Below, one piece after another: positions 1-5,141 of a DNA stretch of 7,109 nucleotides. Origin of the DNA: Neoechinorhynchus agilis (Eukaryota > Animalia > Acanthocephala); the NCBI GenBank assembly GCA_051530055.1, contig JBMGUZ010000097.1, positions 1-7,109 of the forward strand. The letters run 5' to 3'. Every line of letters starts with the position of its first letter. Position 1 is the stretch's first letter. The notes below the pieces were generated by a model that was given only the letters and a program-made list of their open reading frames with translations, made no database searches and was not told the DNA's origin. Both the position numbers and the translations under genes were made by a program.

Positions 1-490
1 GATCAGATTCGTTTGCATTCATCTCGTTCAGTCGATCAATAAAATCTACTCCTGATTCAACCACATGATTTGATGGGGGTAGGAGCTCTTTAATAAAACT
101 AGACAATTTCCTCGATAACTTATAATTATATGAAGAGTGCGCAGCGATGATCAATCGGGCTTTGATGGGTGTTTTGCGGATCTTTGCCAATAAATACATT
201 CTCGGTGTCTTTGCATTCACAGATCGTATTCTTCTATACTCCTCTTCTGGTAGACATTTCTGTTTCACTAATTTCCGAAGCAATCTGTTAAGTTCATTAT
301 CACGTTTCTCTGTGGGACAAACATCTAACCTCTTGAATTCGTCCGCTTGGAGAATTTCTTCACCCAGTTGTTTGAACTGTTATTTGTTCATAACAGGTGC
401 ATTGATCTCTTTGAGTCTACTCAACATCTTATCCGTTACATTCGAAACCCAATTTCTTCCTTTCATAATCGCCCTATTGCAACTTAAAAG
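1..490 (-). mobile_element. Decayed Penelope-like element (PLE), region leading into the reverse transcriptase; continues off the left edge
   Basis: Manual minus-strand translation (not in the ORF track): ...SNVTDKMLSRLKEINAPVMNK*QFKQLGEEILQADEFKRLDVCPTEKRDNELNRLLRKLVKQKCLPEEEYRRIRSVNAKTPRMYLLAKIRKTPIKARLIIAAHSSYNYKLSRKLSSFIKELLPPSNHVVESGVDFIDRL. This follows the PLE pattern VMxK...L...(D)PT...LN.LL..L...Y..LR....PRxYGLPKIHK..(P)LRPI.....S..Y.L.K.L.......V....DFI..L. It has an in-frame stop at 380-382, lacks the ADKG motif and has degenerate motifs (PRMYLLAKIRK, ARLII), so it is non-functional. Confidence 0.85.
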
Positions 491-745
491 AAGCATCTAG
501 AGCGTCAATTAGAGAACAATCACAGTATCCTAAGGTAAACGGAGGAGGAATGGTGTAATATCCTGATGCTGCAGATTGAGAACATGGCCGATATTGAAAC
601 TAAGAAGATTAAAAGCAGACACTCCAGCAAACAGGTAATTTTGTTGACAACAAATCTGACTATAAACTCAGTCTGCGAGTCCCACCGGATAAACTATTAG
701 ACAATGCTTCTTCTAAATTGTACATTGACTGAAGAAGGCCAACGG
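488..745 (+). mobile_element. Probable inverted fragment of a PLE N-terminal (pre-RT) region
   Basis: The plus strand reads KKHLERQLENNHSILR*TEEEWCNILMLQIENMADIETKKIKSRHSSK, then across frameshifts VPPDKLLDNASSK / LTEE. These resemble the helical 'EW..I....E.......K.RH..K' and 'PDK...N.SS..LT.EE' segments that I recall preceding RT in Penelope ORFs. Recognised by eye only. Confidence 0.5.
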
Positions 746-1059
746 AAATTTCGGAATCAAACATCGCTAAATGAAACTGAAACTATAATGAATAATTTCT
801 CTACAAAAATGATTTATACAGTGAGTATTTCTCCATCCCTGTTCTTATATTGTCAATAATGGAATAATGGACGTAGAAAATGGTAATATCGCTTTGAATC
901 CAGAATGGACTTATTACCCCCATCAATTTTTACTTTCGTTAAAATTAGAGCACACAATTATCGAATTTTCCATTCGGATATTAATTCGAATAGGGAGTTT
1001 CTTCGACGGATTCGTTCTCAAAACGTAATCTCCGCAAAGTTTAAAACACACTTTATACT

Positions 1060-2127
1060 TCATGTTTTCAAAGGATTTCCATTTACACCGATCAGTATCA
1101 TGTCCATCTTAAGTACTATGAATGAGCCATTTTTATCGGAATTAAATACTCGTGCTTCCCAGTAACCCCTCGGATCTTCGAACCAATTGAGAACCGACGT
1201 AAATGAATGATTCCTAAATCCGTATACTCTATCATCGTCAAGAGGCCGAATATCCAACATTTCCACACTGTTATTGGTAGGAGACACAAGCACAATTCTT
1301 AGTTTGCCCCTTTGTCCAGGATTTGAAAAAAAAGGTTCGATGTTAACATTCAGAATTACATGTTCCAAACTGGTTATCGCAGACGAGGATGAATCGCAAG
1401 CATTCGTATAAACTCGGAAACGTTCCGTAGAATCACTTCGCAGCCAAGTATAGCCTGCTATGCGAACTTTACAGGTATTAGATTTTGGCAGTTTACGGCC
1501 TTTCATCGAAATGGCGTTATCCACAAAAGATTTGGGATCAAGAATTCCAAACCCAAAATATTTACTTACCCAATATCCAGCTCCATTTTTCCACCATTGT
1601 TCATCCGTAGGCCAATAAGATGTCATGTTCTCATGCTTAACGGACGACATAACTACCAAATACTGGATTTGTCTGTAGTCGAGATGAGGATTTGCTTCAA
1701 GTCCAAGTGCAATAATGGCCGCTACCATTGGAGCGACGGCTGATGTACCATCAAAATCTCGACACGTACCATTTAGACCCGCAGTTATTATCTGATTTGA
1801 AGAGCCATCGCTGGTATATCCAGTTGTCATGATGGTGGCACATTTTTCAGCGTAATATGGCGATGAATGGTTTCTTAGAATAGCAGCCACTGCAATCGCG
1901 TAATGGGAATTCACTCGTTCATTGACAGCACAATTATCCAAAAATTGACCACCATTACCAGAGGCAATAACAAAGGAAGATCCTAATCCATTACGCCCTA
2001 ACCGGGCATTATTAGCTACTACCAGATTCTCATGTTTATAAACCTCAAAAACCGAACTACCGTCATCAGGAGGGCCAATGGATACACTATAAATATCAAT
2101 CATTGATTCTATTGCGCAGCATTGCAT
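1060..2127 (-). CDS. Kexin/furin-type proprotein convertase, C-terminal part: second half of the S8 domain plus P domain; no Cys-rich or transmembrane tail
   Basis: IDIYSVSIGPPDDG, GRNGLGSSFVIASGNGG (oxyanion Asn 1954-1956), YAEKC, DGTSAVAP (catalytic Ser 1741-1743), LEANPHLDYRQIQYLVV, NGAG..VS.YFGFG.LD, and P-domain LEHV...RGKL...LVSP...W.EDPRG.W. Gap-free with human furin 247-308 as recalled. It lies in the +1 frame relative to the N-terminal ORF. Confidence 0.95.
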   Translation of the reverse strand: MQCCAIESMIDIYSVSIGPPDDGSSVFEVYKHENLVVANNARLGRNGLGSSFVIASGNGGQFLDNCAVNERVNSHYAIAVAAILRNHSSPYYAEKCATIMTTGYTSDGSSNQIITAGLNGTCRDFDGTSAVAPMVAAIIALGLEANPHLDYRQIQYLVVMSSVKHENMTSYWPTDEQWWKNGAGYWVSKYFGFGILDPKSFVDNAISMKGRKLPKSNTCKVRIAGYTWLRSDSTERFRVYTNACDSSSSAITSLEHVILNVNIEPFFSNPGQRGKLRIVLVSPTNNSVEMLDIRPLDDDRVYGFRNHSFTSVLNWFEDPRGYWEARVFNSDKNGSFIVLKMDMILIGVNGNPLKT

Positions 2128-2659
2128 TATTTAGCGATATTAAGCTAAGGAATATAAGCCCAAGAAAGATTATGCATCGCTGCTCTTCTAAGCCATATAT
2201 TCCTTCGTAAGGTACATTTGTTTCGAAAAAAAGATCAAATGATTGATGTATGTTTAAGCTGATGATTTTGGAATCATAGGCTATACCCACGCCGCAAATA
2301 TTGTTGTCCGGCTTCCCAGCTATAATTCCGGCACAGCCATTGCCATGATCAGTAAAAACGCTCGAGTTGGGCAGTGTCGCTAAGACGCGATCGTTTAAAT
2401 CAGGATGATTTTGTTCGATACCAAAATCCATTATACCCACAACAACACCTTTTCCAGTGTAACCCTCGTTCCAAACCCTTTCGATATTATATGCTGATCG
2501 GTGAAGATACCAGCTATCGGGCCATTTCTCGTCGGTAATCGGCGATAATGTTGTTGATGCTGATAATGAATAATTGCTCGAATGCGCAGATAAATTTTCG
2601 TTTTTCGGAAGATTATAGGCAATGGGCACGGAGAAAAGGAACAGCAAGATTGTTAACAT
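2096..2659 (-). CDS. Kexin/furin-type proprotein convertase (peptidase S8B), N-terminal part: signal peptide and first half of the catalytic domain
   Basis: Hydrophobic start MLTILLFLFSVPIA, then DEKWPDSWYL (furin DPKFPQQWYL), VW..GYTGKGVVVGIMDFGIEQNHPDL with catalytic Asp (codon 2426-2428), DHGNGCAG with catalytic His (2345-2347), and NNICGVGIAYDSKI. The frame stops at 2096-2098, overlapping the next ORF. Confidence 0.93.
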   Translation of the reverse strand: MLTILLFLFSVPIAYNLPKNENLSAHSSNYSLSASTTLSPITDEKWPDSWYLHRSAYNIERVWNEGYTGKGVVVGIMDFGIEQNHPDLNDRVLATLPNSSVFTDHGNGCAGIIAGKPDNNICGVGIAYDSKIISLNIHQSFDLFFETNVPYEGIYGLEEQRCIIFLGLIFLSLISLNNAMLRNRIND

Positions 2660-2664
2660 AACTT

Positions 2665-2896
2665 AACCGTTATTCGAGTAGCCGTCAACTAATGTAGAAA
2701 TGTCTTATGACTTGGCTATGCGCATTTTTATATTTGGTGGTTGAAACCGTTATTTGAGTAGCCGTCAACTAATGTAGAAATGTCTTACGACTTGACTATG
2801 AGCATTTTTTTATTTGGTGGTTGAAACCGTTATTTGAGTAGCCGTCAACTAATGTAGAAATGTCTTATGACTTGGCCATGCGCAATTTTATATTTG
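2665..2896. repeat. Tandem repeat, exact 80-bp period, about 2.9 copies
   Basis: Unit aaccgttatt(c/t)gagtagccgtcaactaatgtagaaatgtctta(t/c)gacttg... starts at 2665, 2745 and 2825 with only a few substitutions between copies. A further 14-bp piece (ttttatatttggtg) recurs at 2951-2964. The array ends 6 bp from the convertase ATG (2659). Confidence 0.97.
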
Positions 2897-2900
2897 ATAG

Positions 2901-2940
2901 CTAAAAAGTTAGTTTCGAGTCGTTTTCGCTTAGGACTTAC
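2901..2940 (-). other. Predicted 40-nt spliceosomal intron, probably in the convertase 5' UTR
   Basis: Minus strand: GAAG|GTAAGTcctaagcgaaaacgactcgaaaCTAACtttttAG|. It has a consensus donor, a CTAAC branch point and a T-rich acceptor, and its size matches the 47- and 51-nt introns of the Janus gene. Confidence 0.65.
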
Positions 2941-3157
2941 CTTCTCACAGTTTTATATTTGGTGATTAGGAACCACATCGCATTTGTTTTTTATCTACAT
3001 GATTTAGCTATCGGGTGGGATACTTACCAATAAATTGGTTCAGAGGATATATTCTGTTTTTGAACAGAGCCTTCTTCATCCTTAGAAAGAGAATAGAGTC
3101 GCTTGATTATGCATGTTCATGCTATCCTGGTTCGAGAACTAAAGATCATTTTATTGA

Positions 3158-3375
3158 ATGATCCGATCTCTCGACGTCGACCTCTCGCTTGTTGCCGGCC
3201 TCTCTCTCGTCGACCGTCATCCTCCAGGTCCGTTCTCCACTAAGGTTGGATCCGCAATCAAATTCGGGTCCGCTCTCCACTACGGCCAGATCCGCCATCC
3301 ACTTCCGGATCCGTCGTCCACATTCCGGATCCGTCATCCACTCCAAATTCCAGATCCATCATCAACTCCAAAGTA
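3158..3375. repeat. GC-rich island containing a degenerate 18-25 bp minisatellite
   Basis: Units built on (a/g)g(a/g)tcc(g)....tcca cores at about 3227, 3248, 3267, 3288, 3307, 3327 and 3352. ggtccg(t/c)tctccacta occurs at 3227 and 3267 (40-bp higher-order period), and ccggatccgtc(g/a)tccac twice at 3305 and 3325. There is a perfect palindrome tcgacgtcga at 3171-3180. The flanks are abruptly AT-rich. Confidence 0.8.
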
Positions 3376-3504
3376 GACAATCACACTAATTTATCCTGTC
3401 AGTACTCGAGTGTTCATTAGTTCAGGTGTTCATGAGGAGCCAGAGGTACATGGTTCCTCTTCTTTAACAAAATAAAACGTGTTATTATGTTTTCAGACAT
3501 GAAA

Positions 3505-4215
3505 TCATTCACACCACCGCTCTGATTCACTTAGCTGCCGTCCGGGTGTAACGGTCGAAAGGACGGATGCAGCGTTCACTCGTTTCACAGCCAGAATTAT
3601 GTTTTGTAGGAGGAATACTCCTGATCTCCGATCGCCAGTTATCCGTCTCAATCTCTTAGACCATTGCTTGACCAGTTATGCGCCTCGGTACCAAACGACC
3701 CGAGTGTCTCGACGCCAAAGGAAACGAAATAATGATTTCGACCCAGGTCCCTGTATTTGGTCTTTTTGTGGTCCTCAGCGGCGGTTTCTGCTATCCGTGG
3801 TTTAATGATGGCGAATTTCAGGTCGCTGGCTGCGAATGGCGTCCCAGAGAATGCATTTTCCTTCTCGCCACAGGAATACTGTTACACCGTCAGGTCTACG
3901 GCCATCAAGTCGGCAAACATTGCTCGGCTCTAAGATGTTGGACGCATTCAAATTATTCAGGGCACAACCAAGAATTGCGTTCACTTGGGTGTGGCCGACA
4001 GACGAGACCATAGCGTCCCGACGGATCCACAGTCGCTCCGCAACGGCGGCGATGGGATGTGCACATCGATACCTAAAGTCTCAGGGACACTGCAGTCCTT
4101 ATTGTCTCGTCGGAGAGATAGTTACCCACAGAAGCGAATGCGGCAGCGTTGAGCTAAGCACCCGATACTCTTGTGGAGACTGCCGCCAATCGAATTCGTT
4201 TCACCAGGTCACGAA
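3505..4215 (-). mobile_element. 5'-truncated, decayed CRE-clade non-LTR retrotransposon (CCHC + restriction-like endonuclease end)
   Basis: Joined across stops (4154-4156, 4073-4075) and frameshifts: RLAAVSTRVSGA*LNA...SVGNYLSDETIRTAVSLRL*...RCGATVDPSGRYGLVCR / HTQVNAIL...LEPSNVCRLDGRRPDGVTVFLWREGKCILWDA / FAAS...AAEDHKKTKYRDL...FVSFGVETLGSFGTEA / KRLRRITGDRRSGVFLLQNIILAVKRVNAASVLSTV...CE* (stop 3505-3507). It is colinear with the C-terminus of the 5142-7109 ORF. Confidence 0.92.
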
Positions 4216-4395
4216 AATCTGAAATTAAAGAGTTATGAATTCTCGTTACCAGTTATGAGTCAAAAACTAATTGTTTGCAAATCTCCACAAAAAAGATTAA
4301 GCGCCTCCACGAAATCTTAATACAGCCTGCTCCTAAGGCTAAACAGTGAGCAAGTGAATTTTTGCGATAGCGAACTGAATCCGGGCGTTTTGTCG

Positions 4396-4401
4396 TTTAA
4401 T
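4396..4401 (-). terminator. Candidate polyadenylation signal ATTAAA for the Janus-like gene
   Basis: ATTAAA on the minus strand about 55 nt after the stop codon at 4456. The motif is short and the context AT-rich. Confidence 0.4.
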
Positions 4402-4548
4402 AAAAAGACATTCAATTTCTTTTTCGTTTCCATCACAATCATTCCTCAGAATCAATCAGCATTCCCCGGTGCAAGTTATATGCTTATAATCCGGAAAAAA
4501 CTCCTTCAATATCCTGACAGTGGCATTATGATCTGCCTTTCCGAACGC

Positions 4549-4599
4549 CTTGAAAAGCGACTAGATTTGTTTACTGTAAATGTAAAACATAATCGAAAC
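4549..4599 (-). other. 51-nt phase-0 intron of the Janus/PHPT1-like gene
   Basis: TCA CAG|GTTTCG...cttttcaAG|GCG TTC GGA joins GYSQ to AFGKADH. The intron contains an in-frame stop, so splicing is required. Confidence 0.88.
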
Positions 4600-4730
4600 C
4601 TGTGAATAACCGAACACCTTTATATCCTTCATCTGACTATCATGAGAAATTTTTCCTCCCCCCAGGACTCTGAATCTTATGTCTTCGAGTTTTTCCTTGA
4701 TGTCCTCCGTAATGTCATCGAAAATTTGAG

Positions 4731-4777
4731 CTTTTTATGGTAGATACGTGAGAAAGCGGTGGTGCTCACTAACTTAC
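4731..4777 (-). other. 47-nt phase-1 intron of the Janus/PHPT1-like gene
   Basis: CAC A|GTAAGT...ataaaaAG|CT CAA joins EFH to TQIFDD in frame, immediately after the catalytic His codon. Confidence 0.88.
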
Positions 4778-5076
4778 TGTGAAACTCATGTTTGGCACTG
4801 CCCCGCACGATACATTTGCTGTCGTTTCGGCTATTGAGTAGCTCTATCAACCGAGAGCTCTATGCATATAGATTTGAAATTGGAATGTAACACTAATTTT
4901 CATATTCAGTGGTTTATGCGTCCAAAATATTAATACGAGTTGATCGAAAACAAAGCTTGGCAAAAAATAATTCTATTTTAGCAGAAAAGTGCTGCACTAA
5001 ATTATTAATTTCTCAATTGTAAAACCTTTCTAAAATTGTGTTCATTTGGGAAAAGATTAAAATTGCAAGTTCCGCT

Positions 5077-5086
5077 CTTTTATATA
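5077..5086 (-). promoter_or_regulatory. TATA-like box, possibly the Janus-like gene promoter
   Basis: TATATAAAAG on the minus strand, 41 nt upstream of an ATG at 5045 (MNTILER). No clean splice path links that ATG to the recognisable exon. Confidence 0.3.
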
Positions 5087-5141
5087 AATCAATTATTATG
5101 ATTCATCAAAATTTTTATAGGTTGCATTTTAAAGTATTCTT

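Larger units (their letters stand above)
4456..4890 (-). pseudogene. PHPT1: Janus/Ocnus family (14-kDa phosphohistidine phosphatase, PHPT1-like) gene; three recognisable exons, frameshifted near the 5' end
   Basis: Spliced translation: ...FKSICIEL[16-bp insert]LNSRNDSKCIVRGSAKHEFH|TQIFDDITEDIKEKLEDIRFRVLGGGKISHDSQMKDIKVFGYSQ|AFGKADHNATVRILKEFFPDYKHITCTGEC*. It matches PHPT1 motifs FKYVLI, IVRG...EYHADIYD, LGGGRISH...I.VYGYS..YG.A.H....PDY. Exons: about 4890-4778, 4730-4600 and 4548-4456. The symbol indicates family membership; orthology is untested. Confidence 0.9.

Noticed and set aside
147-500. Plus-strand 117-aa ORF
   Set aside because: It is the F/L/S/I-rich antisense shadow of the K/E/R-rich PLE frame on the minus strand.
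905-1165. Plus-strand 86-aa ORF
   Set aside because: It is antisense to the convertase 3' end and UTR and has no recognisable motif.
2431-2622. Minus-strand 63-aa ORF
   Set aside because: It is an alternative frame inside the convertase N-terminal ORF.
1060-2659. Protease as a bacterial subtilisin (contamination or horizontal transfer)
   Set aside because: The IDIYS.S.GP.DDG, GR.GLGS.FV.ASGNGG and NGAG..VS..FGFG motifs plus the P domain are those of eukaryotic convertases, and the surroundings are spliceosomal and eukaryotic retroelement DNA. A phylogeny would be decisive.
2660-2870. (A/G/T)TAAG baculovirus late-promoter motifs in each repeat
   Set aside because: It is a five-base motif in AT-rich DNA that coincides with the uORF stop, and there are no viral genes in the window.
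2665-2896. 80-bp repeats as a CRISPR array
   Set aside because: The units are contiguous with no unique spacers, the context is eukaryotic, and there are no cas genes.
2665-2896. 80-bp unit as a spliced-leader RNA gene (the target of trypanosomatid CRE elements; it starts AACCGTTA, reminiscent of flatworm SLs)
   Set aside because: There is no ATG|GT leader-donor junction or canonical AU4-6G Sm site, and neither CRE copy is inserted in the array.
2845-2900. KYKIAHGQVIRHFYIS in a repeat frame resembling the furin prodomain GQI..YYHF
   Set aside because: The match is only a few residues, is followed by stops, and lies upstream of the signal peptide rather than after it.
3146-3389. Three overlapping 66-72 aa ORFs
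   Set aside because: They are by-products of a GC-rich, stop-poor minisatellite; the repeat units are not multiples of three.
3050-3390. GC island as a solo LTR (TG...CA ends, AATAAA, downstream TGGT)
   Set aside because: The candidate TG/CA end pairs I tested had no matching flanking duplication, and the TGGT is better explained as a GTAAGT splice donor.
3599-4222. Plus-strand ORFs of 68, 111 and 128 aa
   Set aside because: They are antisense to the decayed CRE fragment.
4219-4232. TTTCAG acceptor at the 5' edge of the CRE fragment suggesting exonisation
   Set aside because: The downstream frame has stops at 4154 and 4073 plus frameshifts, and no upstream donor links to it.
4354-4605. Plus-strand 83-aa ORF
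   Set aside because: It has a non-ATG start and is antisense to the Janus-like last exon and UTR.
4400-5140. Janus-like gene as a 3' transduction carried by the CRE
   Set aside because: Both introns are retained, and no poly(A) tail or target duplication bounds the segment.
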